NCBI GenBank assembly: GCA_032718475.1
Contig: JAUCBJ010001685.1
Span: 1-61,423 of the forward strand
DNA length: 61,423 bases
Reading direction: 5' to 3'
Origin: Nemertoderma westbladi
Lineage: Eukaryota; Animalia; Xenacoelomorpha
Shown: piece by piece, positions 37,301 to 48,900 of the stretch
Numbering within the stretch: position 1 is the stretch's first letter
Layout of the letters: each line of letters starts with the position of its first letter
Translations under genes and position numbers: made by a program
The notes under the pieces: model-generated
Told to the model about the DNA's origin: nothing
What the model saw: only the letters and a program-made list of their open reading frames with translations
The model's database searches: none

Positions 37301-40300
37301 GGTAAGTCGTTTACTGTGGCCATCCTACTTCCTCTCCTGTTGTTGTACAACGGTAAGTCGTTTACTGTGGCCATCCTACTTCCTCTCCTGTTGTTGTACA
37401 ACGGTAAGTCGTTTACTGTGGCCATCCTACTTCCTCTCATGTTGTTGTACAACGGTAAGTCGTTTACTGTGGCCATCCTACTTCCTCTCCTGTTGTTGTA
37501 CAACGGTAAGTCGTTTACTGTGGCCATCCTACTTCCTCTCCTGTTGTTGTACAACGGTAAGTCGTTTACTGTGGCCATCCTACTTCCTCTCCTGTTGTTG
37601 TACAACGGTAAGTCGTTTACTGTGGCCATCCTACTTCCTCTCCTGTTGTTGTACAACGGTAAGTCGTTTACTGTGGCCATCCTACTTCCTCTCCTGTTGT
37701 TGTACAACGGTAAGTCGTTTACTGTGGCCATCCTACTTCCTCTCCTGTTGTTGTACAACGGTAAGTCGTTTACTGTGGCCATCCTACTTCCTCTCCTGTT
37801 GTTGTACAACGGTAAGTCGTTTACTGTGGCCATCCTACTTCCTCTCCTGTTGTTGTACAACGGTAAGTCGTTTACTGTGGCCATCCTACTTCCTCTCCTG
37901 TTGTTGTACAACGGTAAGTCGTTTACTGTGGCCATCCTACTTCCTCTCCTGTTGTTGTACAACGGTAAGTCGTTTACTGTGGCCATCCTACTTCCTCTCC
38001 TGTTGTTGTACAACGGTAAGTCGTTTACTGTGGCCATCCTACTTCCTCTCCTGTTGTTGTACAACGGTAAGTCGTTTACTGTGGCCATCCTACTTCCTCT
38101 CCTGTTGTTGTACAACGGTAAGTCGTTTACTGTGGCCATCCTACTTCCTCTCCTGTTGTTGTACAACGGTAAGTCGTTTACTGTGGCCATCCTACTTCCT
38201 CTCCTGTTGTTGTACAACGGTAAGTCGTTTACTGTGGCCATCCTACTTCCTCTCCTGTTGTTGTACAACGGTAAGTCGTTTACTGTGGCCATCCTACTTC
38301 CTCTCCTGTTGTTGTACAACGGTAAGTCGTTTACTGTGGCCATCCTACTTCCTCTCCTGTTGTTGTACAACGGTAAGTCGTTTACTGTGGCCATCCTACT
38401 TCCTCTCCTGTTGTTGTACAACGGTAAGTCGTTTACTGTGGCCATCCTACTTCCTCTCCTGTTGTTGTACAACGGTAAGTCGTTTACTGTGGCCATCCTA
38501 CTTCCTCTCCTGTTGTTGTACAACGGTAAGTCGTTTACTGTGGCCATCCTACTTCCTCTCCTGTTGTTGTACAACGGTAAGTCGTTTACTGTGGCCATCC
38601 TACTTCCTCTCCTGTTGTTGTACAACGGTAAGTCGTTTACTGTGGCCATCCTACTTCCTCTCCTGTTGTTGTACAACGGTAAGTCGTTTACTGTGGCCAT
38701 CCTACTTCCTCTCCTGTTGTTGTACAACGGTAAGTCGTTTACTGTGGCCATCCTACTTCCTCTCCTGTTGTTGTACAACGGTAAGTCGTTTACTGTGGCC
38801 ATCCTACTTCCTCTCCTGTTGTTGTACAACGGTAAGTCGTTTACTGTGGCCATCCTACTTCCTCTCCTGTTGTTGTACAACGGTAAGTCGTTTACTGTGG
38901 CCATCCTACTTCCTCTCCTGTTGTTGTACAACGGTAAGTCGTTTACTGTGGCCATCCTACTTCCTCTCCTGTTGTTGTACAACGGTAAGTCGTTTACTGT
39001 GGCCATCCTACTTCCTCTCCTGTTGTTGTACAACGGTAAGTCGTTTACTGTGGCCATCCTACTTCCTCTCCTGTTGTTGTACAACGGTAAGTCGTTTACT
39101 GTGGCCATCCTACTTCCTCTCCTGTTGTTGTACAACGGTAAGTCGTTTACTGTGGCCATCCTACTTCCTCTCCTGTTGTTGTACAACGGTAAGTCGTTTA
39201 CTGTGGCCATCCTACTTCCTCTCCTGTTGTTGTACAACGGTAAGTCGTTTACTGTGGCCATCCTACTTCCTCTCCTGTTGTTGTACAACGGTAAGTCGTT
39301 TACTGTGGCCATCCTACTTCCTCTCCTGTTGTTGTACAACGGTAAGTCGTTTACTGTGGCCATCCTACTTCCTCTCCTGTTGTTGTACAACGGTAAGTCG
39401 TTTACTGTGGCCATCCTACTTCCTCTCCTGTTGTTGTACAACGGTAAGTCGTTTACTGTGGCCATCCTACTTCCTCTCCTGTTGTTGTACAACGGTAAGT
39501 CGTTTACTGTGGCCATCCTACTTCCTCTCCTGTTGTTGTACAACGGTAAGTCGTTTACTGTGGCCATCCTACTTCCTCTCCTGTTGTTGTACAACGGTAA
39601 GTCGTTTACTGTGGCCATCCTACTTCCTCTCCTGTTGTTGTACAACGGTAAGTCGTTTACTGTGGCCATCCTACTTCCTCTCCTGTTGTTGTACAACGGT
39701 AAGTCGTTTACTGTGGCCATCCTACTTCCTCTCCTGTTGTTGTACAACGGTAAGTCGTTTACTGTGGCCATCCTACTTCCTCTCCTGTTGTTGTACAACG
39801 GTAAGTCGTTTACTGTGGCCATCCTACTTCCTCTCCTGTTGTTGTACAACGGTAAGTCGTTTACTGTGGCCATCCTACTTCCTCTCCTGTTGTTGTACAA
39901 CGGTAAGTCGTTTACTGTGGCCATCCTACTTCCTCTCCTGTTGTTGTACAACGGTAAGTCGTTTACTGTGGCCATCCTACTTCCTCTCCTGTTGTTGTAC
40001 AACGGTAAGTCGTTTACTGTGGCCATCCTACTTCCTCTCCTGTTGTTGTACAACGGTAAGTCGTTTACTGTGGCCATCCTACTTCCTCTCCTGTTGTTGT
40101 ACAACGGTAAGTCGTTTACTGTGGCCATCCTACTTCCTCTCCTGTTGTTGTACAACGGTAAGTCGTTTACTGTGGCCATCCTACTTCCTCTCCTGTTGTT
40201 GTACAACGGTAAGTCGTTTACTGTGGCCATCCTACTTCCTCTCCTGTTGTTGTACAACGGTAAGTCGTTTACTGTGGCCATCCTACTTCCTCTCCTGTTG

Positions 40301-43300
40301 TTGTACAACGGTAAGTCGTTTACTGTGGCCATCCTACTTCCTCTCCTGTTGTTGTACAACGGTAAGTCGTTTACTGTGGCCATCCTACTTCCTCTCCTGT
40401 TGTTGTACAACGGTAAGTCGTTTACTGTGGCCATCCTACTTCCTCTCCTGTTGTTGTACAACGGTAAGTCGTTTACTGTGGCCATCCTACTTCCTCTCCT
40501 GTTGTTGTACAACGGTAAGTCGTTTACTGTGGCCATCCTACTTCCTCTCCTGTTGTTGTACAACGGTAAGTCGTTTACTGTGGCCATCCTACTTCCTCTC
40601 CTGTTGTTGTACAACGGTAAGTCGTTTACTGTGGCCATCCTACTTCCTCTCCTGTTGTTGTACAACGGTAAGTCGTTTACTGTGGCCATCCTACTTCCTC
40701 TCCTGTTGTTGTACAACGGTAAGTCGTTTACTGTGGCCATCCTACTTCCTCTCCTGTTGTTGTACAACGGTAAGTCGTTTACTGTGGCCATCCTACTTCC
40801 TCTCCTGTTGTTGTACAACGGTAAGTCGTTTACTGTGGCCATCCTACTTCCTCTCCTGTTGTTGTACAACGGTAAGTCGTTTACTGTGGCCATCCTACTT
40901 CCTCTCCTGTTGTTGTACAACGGTAAGTCGTTTACTGTGGCCATCCTACTTCCTCTCCTGTTGTTGTACAACGGTAAGTCGTTTACTGTGGCCATCCTAC
41001 TTCCTCTCCTGTTGTTGTACAACGGTAAGTCGTTTACTGTGGCCATCCTACTTCCTCTCCTGTTGTTGTACAACGGTAAGTCGTTTACTGTGGCCATCCT
41101 ACTTCCTCTCCTGTTGTTGTACAACGGTAAGTCGTTTACTGTGGCCATCCTACTTCCTCTCCTGTTGTTGTACAACGGTAAGTCGTTTACTGTGGCCATC
41201 CTACTTCCTCTCCTGTTGTTGTACAACGGTAAGTCGTTTACTGTGGCCATCCTACTTCCTCTCCTGTTGTTGTACAACGGTAAGTCGTTTACTGTGGCCA
41301 TCCTACTTCCTCTCCTGTTGTTGTACAACGGTAAGTCGTTTACTGTGGCCATCCTACTTCCTCTCCTGTTGTTGTACAACGGTAAGTCGTTTACTGTGGC
41401 CATCCTACTTCCTCTCCTGTTGTTGTACAACGGTAAGTCGTTTACTGTGGCCATCCTACTTCCTCTCCTGTTGTTGTACAACGGTAAGTCGTTTACTGTG
41501 GCCATCCTACTTCCTCTCCTGTTGTTGTACAACGGTAAGTCGTTTACTGTGGCCATCCTACTTCCTCTCCTGTTGTTGTACAACGGTAAGTCGTTTACTG
41601 TGGCCATCCTACTTCCTCTCCTGTTGTTGTACAACGGTAAGTCGTTTACTGTGGCCATCCTACTTCCTCTCCTGTTGTTGTACAACGGTAAGTCGTTTAC
41701 TGTGGCCATCCTACTTCCTCTCCTGTTGTTGTACAACGGTAAGTCGTTTACTGTGGCCATCCTACTTCATCTCCTGTTGTTGTACAACGGTAAGTCGTTT
41801 ACTGTGGCCATCCTACTTCCTCTCCTGTTGTTGTACAACGGTAAGTCGTTTACTGTGGCCATCCTACTTCCTCTCCTGTTGTTGTACAACGGTAAGTCGT
41901 TTACTGTGGCCATCCTACTTCCTCTCCTGTTGTTGTACAACGGTAAGTCGTTTACTGTGGCCATCCTACTTCCTCTCCTGTTGTTGTACAACGGTAAGTC
42001 GTTTACTGTGGCCATCCTACTTCCTCTCCTGTTGTTGTACAACGGTAAGTCGTTTACTGTGGCCATCCTACTTCCTCTCCTGTTGTTGTACAACGGTAAG
42101 TCGTTTACTGTGGCCATCCTACTTCCTCTCCTGTTGTTATACAACGGTAAGTCGTTTATTGTGGCCATCCTACTTCCTCTCATGTTGTTGTACAACGGTA
42201 AGTCGTTTACTGTGGCCATCCTACTTCATCTCCTATTGTTGTACAACGGTAAGTCGTTTACTGTGGCCATCCTACTTCCTCTCCTGTTGTTGTACAACGG
42301 TAAGTCGTTTACTGTGGCCATCCTACTTCATCTCCTGTTGTTGTACAACGGTAAGTCGTTTACTGTGGCCATCCTACTTCCTCTCCTGTTGTTGTACAAC
42401 GGTAAGTCGTTTACTGTGGCCATCCTACTTCCTCTCCTGTTGTTGTACAACGGTAAGTCGTTTACTGTGGCCATCCTACCTCCTCTCCTGTTGTTGTACA
42501 ACGGTAAGTCGTTTACTGTGGCCATCCTACTTCCTCTCATGTTGTTGTACAACGGTAAGTCGTTTACTGTGGCCATCCTACTTCCTCTCCTGTTGTTGTA
42601 CAACGGTAAGTCGTTTACTGTGGCCATCCTACTTCCTCTCCTGTTGTTGTACAACGGTAAGTCGTTTACTGTGGCCATCCTACCTCCTCTCCTGTTGTTG
42701 TACAACGGTAAGTCGTTTACTGTGGCCATCCTACTTCCTCTCATGTTGTTGTACAACGGTAAGTCGTTTACTGTGGCCATCCTACTTCCTCTCCTGTTGT
42801 TGTACAACGGTAAGTCGTTTACTGTGGCCATCCTACTTCCTCTCCTGTTGTTGTACAACGGTAAGTCGTTTATTGTGGCCATCCTACTTCCTCTCCTGTT
42901 GTTGTACAACGGTAAGTCGTTTACTGTGGCCATCCTACTTCCTCTCCTGTTGTTGTACAACGGTAAGTCGTTTATTGTGGCCATCCTACTTCCTCTCCTG
43001 TTGTTGTACAACGGTAAGTCGTTTACTGTGGCCATCCTACTTCCTCTCCTGTTGTTGTACAACGGTAAGTCGTTTACTGTGGCCATCCTACTTCCTCTCC
43101 TGTTGTTGTACAACGGTAAGTCGTTTACTGTGGCCATCCTACTTCCTCTCCTGTTGTTGTACAACGGTAAGTCGTTTACTGTGGCCATCCTACTTCCTCT
43201 CCTGTTGTTGTACAACGGTAAGTCGTTTATTGTGGCCATCCTACTTCCTCTCATGTTGTTGTACAACGGTAAGTCGTTTACTGTGGCCATCCTACTTCAT

Positions 43301-44713
43301 CTCCTGTTGTTGTACAACGGTAAGTCGTTTACTGTGGCCATCCTACTTCCTCTCATGTTGTTGTACAACGGTAAGTCGTTTACTGTGGCCATCCTACTTC
43401 CTCTCCTGTTGTTGTACAACGGTAAGTCGTTTACTGTGGCCATCCTACTTCCTCTCCTGTTGTTGTACAACGGTAAGTCGTTTACTGTGGCCATCCTACT
43501 TCCTCTCCTGTTGTTGTACAACGGTAAGTCGTTTACTGTGGCCATCCTACTTCCTCTCCTGTTGTTGTACAACGGTAAGTCGTTTACTGTGGCCATCCTA
43601 CTTCCTCTCATGTTGTTGTACAACGGTAAGTCGTTTACTGTGGCCATCCTACTTCCTCTCCTGTTGTTGTACAACGGTAAGTCGTTTACTGTGGCCATCC
43701 TACTTCCTCTCCTGTTGTTGTACAACGGTAAGTCGTTTACTGTGGCCATCCTACTTCATCTCCTGTTGTTATACAACGGTAAGTCGTTTACTGTGGCCAT
43801 CCTACTTCCTCTCCTGTTGTTGTACAACGGTAAGTCGTTTACTGTGGCCATCCTACTTCCTCTCCTGTTGTTGTACAACGGTAAGTCGTTTACTGTGGCC
43901 ATCCTACTTCCTCTCCCTGTTGTTGTACAACGGTAAGTCGTTTACTGTGGCCATCCTACTTCCTCTCCTGTTGTTGTACAACGGTAAGTCGTTTACTGTG
44001 GCCATCCTACTTCCTCTCCTGTTGTTGTACAACGGTAAGTCGTTTACTGTGGCCATCCTACTTCCTCTCCTGTTGTTGTACAACGGTAAGTCGTTTACTG
44101 TGGCCATCCTACTTCATCTCCTGTTGTTATACAACGGTAAGTCGTTTACTGTGGCCATCCTACTTCCTCTCCTGTTGTTGTACAACGGTAAGTCGTTTAC
44201 TGTGGCCATCCTACTTCCTCTCCTGTTGTTGTACAACGGTAAGTCGTTTACTGTGGCCATCCTACTTTCTCTGATGTTGAGTACAACGGTAAGTCGTTTA
44301 CTGTGGCCATCCTACTTCCTCTCCTGTTGTTGTACAACGGTAAGTCGTTTACTGTGGCCATCCTACTTCCTCTCATGTTGTTGTACAACGGTAAGTCGTT
44401 TACTGTGGCCATCCTACTTCATCTCCTGTTGTTGTACAACGGTAAGTCGTTTACTGTGGCCATCCTACTTGCTCTCCTGTTGTTGTACAACGGTAAGTCG
44501 TTTACTGTGGCCATCCTACTTCCTCTCCTGTTGTTGTACAACGGTAAATCGTTTACTGTGGCCATCCTACTTCCTCTCATGTTGTTGTACAACGGTAAGT
44601 CGTTTACTGTGGCCATCCTACTTGCTCTCCTGTTGTTGTACAACGGTAAGTCGTTTACTGTGGCCATCCTACTCCATCTCCTGTTGTTGTGTACAACGGT
44701 AAGTCGTTTACTG
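28291..44713 (+). repeat. 16.4-kb, 51-bp tandem array of the exon 5 tail plus 5' splice site, about 322 copies
   Basis: Unit TGGCCATCCTACTTCCTCTCCTGTTGTTGTACAACG|GTAAGTCGTTTACTG (36 nt exon + 15 nt intron). First donor 28327, last 44699; with the four indels seen (net +1) this equals 321 x 51. Confidence 0.99.
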
Positions 44714-44825
44714 AACTGTATAGAATTTGTTTCATTAAATTAAACTTGATTTTTTATTAATAATTAATATTATTATACTTTAAATAATTACTCACAATTG
44801 AGATATACTGTACTATTCTCAATTT

Positions 44826-44990
44826 AGGGAAAGGAGCAGGTTACAGTGGCACGTTATTTTAACCAAAACAATAAACTAAGCACAATAGAACAGGTTACAG
44901 TTTTATTTTTGAGAGTAATCAGCTGTTATTTGCGTCGAATTTCACCTGGAGAGGGATGAATTTTTATTGCGTCCAGTTTCCCTCTATCTG
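44826..44990 (-). mobile_element. Partial inverted copy of the MITE at 23907-24155
   Basis: Near-identical reverse complement of about 23907-24065, ending in CTATCTG (reverse complement of the CAGATAG terminus). Confidence 0.75.
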
Positions 44991-45981
44991 CATAATTCAC
45001 AACGTAAGTGTTGAGTACCAGCGATACACTGCAATGGGTGTAACAACATCTTCGTATATATTGGTACCACGCGGCTCATCCCACTTAAATATACATCAGA
45101 GACAGGGCAGGATCCGATGCGTCACTGCAGTAGGCAAAAATTACTTTTTGACAATGAAAAAATCCACCAGACGTATTCTAGTTTTTAATTCTCAAAAAGT
45201 AACTATGCCCCCGCCGCACAATCAGCGGAAAATACTATACGAAAGTCGAAAATTAATTATCCGTCTTATACTATACGAAAAATACTACAATACGAACATT
45301 GGATTTCGTATCGTATCCTATCCCTTTAAAAAAATTATAAAATATTAGTAAAGTATAATTTGCTATATTGTAATGTATTAAATATTTCGGTTAAAAAACA
45401 TCTAAATTAATTTAACTAAAGCTCATTAAGTTAACCCAAAACGTTATTGTCGATAACTGATTAGTACAAATACACGTAAATGAACAAATTACAAATCATA
45501 TTATTTCATTACAAAATAGAATCATTCGTAATACTTACAAATTAGTCCCCCGCCCTAATATTGCACTATTATTATAACCAACTAAAAATATAACTGGGGG
45601 GGGGGGGGGGGGGGGTCACAAACTATGTGATATTCAGTTCACTATTAAAGGGTGGTCAACTAAACATTCCACCAATTCCGACAATACCTATTTGTGTACG
45701 TTACGTACGTACTGTACACACAAATTTGTGTTTACACCAACTATGTCAGCTAGACAAACACTGGTTAGATATGTTACAACACATTTTGGATCACACCAAG
45801 TCATTACAACAACCCAATAAAAATTTAGTGCACGAAGTCAACATTATTCTTAATACACGATTTTGTGGTTGATTCTTCGAGTCCCCCTAAACACGCGACG
45901 TAGCCAATAAACGCCCCATAGATAACTCCGACCGTGTACAGACACACACGTAGTGAGTTCGGTTTCGGATAATGCAGTTAA

Positions 45982-48900
45982 TCAGCACATTAAATCGTCA
46001 TAACTGACACACTGTCGATTTATCCTTCCCATTCCGCGGAAACTTCCACGTCCTTCTTTACCATGGGTACTGCCGTTACCGTTACCATGATTACTGCCTC
46101 TACCGTTACCATAGGTACTTCCCATACCGTTACCTCGAATATTCCCTCTACCGTTACCTCGAATATTCCCTCTACCGTTACCTCGAATATTCCCTCTACC
46201 GTTACCTCGGAAATTCCCCCTACCTCGGAGATTCCCTCTACCATTACCTCGACCTCGAAAGTTCCCTCTGCCGTTACCACGACCACATTCCCCTATTTTC
46301 ACCCCACCTTTACTATTGCCATTAGCATGTGGCCCACCAATCACTTCGTGATTCATTCCCACTTGGTTTTGATTGGCCATTTTACCTCGTTTTGTTGGAA
46401 TTATTTCTGTGTAATTATCTATAGATTCATCAAATATTCCCAACATAGAGTTGTGACTTTGCTGGCGAAGTTTTCGTGGCTGGACCTGACTATTATCTTT
46501 TTCATTATTCTGTTGAGCTTGTACTTTCTCTTTGGAAGACTTACGAATCTTATTGTTTTTACCCTTAATTTTCTTCTTGGATTTCTTACTTTGTTTCGTA
46601 GATGGAAACATTTGACTTAGACTGCCACGTAAAAATTTCGCCACACTCGGCCTATTGTCGCCCCATTCTTTAAGTATTCCCATGGTGAAAGTGGTCTTTA
46701 ACCCCATTAAATCCATTGCCGCAATGGCGGCAGCGAGTTCAACACAAGGATTTAACACAGTATCGATTGTATTTTCTTTATAACTCAATTTCAATACGTC
46801 ACAGCAGATATCCAAAAATGTAGACCCTAAATCGCTGCTATTGTTGTCTCGAACTTGCAGACTTAGCCATCCAAACAACCTAAATATCGCCCCTAAACAT
46901 TCATTAGATGGTGGTCTAGATAAGTTGATTGTTTGTTGGAAGTGATTATCTGTCTTTATAGAGACATCATGGGCAGTAGATGCGTTACTAGCTTCCTTGT
47001 TGTAACTTTCTGTTTCTTCATGAAATTCTGATAAAGAATTTAATATTTTACTTTGACGTTTTTGTTGAATTCCCCAAGCAGATACAATAGGGAATAGCGA
47101 TCGCTTAACAAGAACGTTGGTCACCCATGACCATTCAATTATACGGCATAATATATGTATTGCCTTAACTAACGCAAATGTTGCAGGCGGAATCTCATGT
47201 GAATGCTGTTTGTTATGATGTTTGCTTTCATTCAGTAGCTGTTTTACAAACTCGAGGCACAATTCTTCAAGGCATTTTGTATCCAAAGAGGCATCCCAAC
47301 CCCAGATATTGGCAAGGACAAGAACGCCAGATAATCTTTCTTCGGCTGTCAGTAGGTCGTTTTTAGATAACTTCCGCATGGTAACTACTTCAATAACCTG
47401 TGTGCAAGGCTGTAGAGTGTTCCGTTTTCTTAGTAATGAGTTTGGCGATTTGGCGGCAATATGTATAATCATCTTCAACCAATCACAAGGTTTTGTGACT
47501 ACAAGTTCTTGTGTTATGCATTCTATAACATCGTATTGATGTAGCTGTTCGGCTATATTGCTAATTATGTGGATAAATGCAATCTTATTATTAATACAAT
47601 TCAGTGGCTCCATTAGTAGAAATTGGATACCATATCGAGCAAAATTAGGATAAAACAGTCCTTTCCATTTTCCCCGCGAATTGAGTGCCACTATAAGCTC
47701 TACAATATTTTGCTCACTTGTGTTCAATGGCAGCAGCATTTGCTTCGCATGGTCTTCTTGTAAGTTGAGCATTTCGGCAACATTTGTAATGGATTCGGCA
47801 TTTGTCTTGCAGTTCCTATATATCTGAAGAAACAATATATTAATATCTGTGTCCAAATCTGAACTGGATACCGGTAACAACATCGTTACAGCTTCTCCTG
47901 TGTTAATTGTCCCAGAAAGAACATCGATTACTATTTCTTTAACTGATGGGGTTTTAGTAGTGTTAGTGTTGTCACAAGGTTCTTTCAGTGTAGTATATAC
48001 CGGTATTATATGTTCCCTAATGGAGGTATGCTGGTCTTGGTCTGTTGGGCTTACCTCACTTTCTATATCATCATCAGTACTATCACCCGAGCAATCAATA
48101 TATTGTGGCGCTTTATTCTGAGAGCTTATCTCAGGTTTACTTATCTCATGTTCTATTGGAGTTGTTTTAGGTACCGGTAGGTGATCTTTTTTAGTTATCT
48201 TGGATGAGAGTCTTTGCTTAGGTTTAGATAAAGTTGACCAGATCTCGGCAACATTGGATGCTGACTTTGTCTTTACAAGATTATAATTCAAAGAAGACAT
48301 AATTTTCTTATTCTTTTTCGGTACCAGTACACATTCAGGCAAATTATTAGACTTAAAAATTTGACCAGCATATTTTTCTTTTTCCAACATGCTGCTTCCA
48401 TTTGTGAAGAAAGAATCTTGCATATAGGTATAGTTTGTTTTACCCTTACCAGCATCCCCTTTAACAGGTAATTTGCTATAAGTTTCAAATCCAAATGATT
48501 CTTCTAGCAATAATATTGATTCAGCATTTTTAACTGCTTTGATGGCCATGTCTGGTGGCTTTACTATATCAGATAGATCAGGTAAATTCGCTATAAATCT
48601 TAAGATTTCACTAACTTGGTTTGATTTTACTAGAGCTTGGGTTTTCTTACATGAAACATCCATTATGCTTGATTTACTTTCATGACTTATTTCTTCCTTG
48701 TCACTACTGTTGATATTATCACAATTACTGAGCCATACTGCATCCCCAGTATATGATGATACCTTCATATTTGTTGAAGGGCTGTCAAATGCTGCAAATG
48801 TATTGGTAATTATCCTTTTATTTCCTTGTAATTGTGGTTTCAATCCATCATTAGTTTCATATTCCATCTCACTGTCACTTGATAGAAGTAAATCAACACC

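Noticed and set aside
28164-44702. 5512-aa ORF and the overlapping 2615, 2300 and 1584-aa ORFs as real proteins
   Set aside because: They follow from a stop-free 51-bp period. Only the first 54 or so codons are TMEM181 exon 5, which splices to 60557 to rebuild the conserved YNDP motif.
5050-44713. CRISPR-like interpretation of the regular arrays
   Set aside because: Units are contiguous with no unique spacers, there are no cas genes, and the context is a spliced eukaryotic gene.
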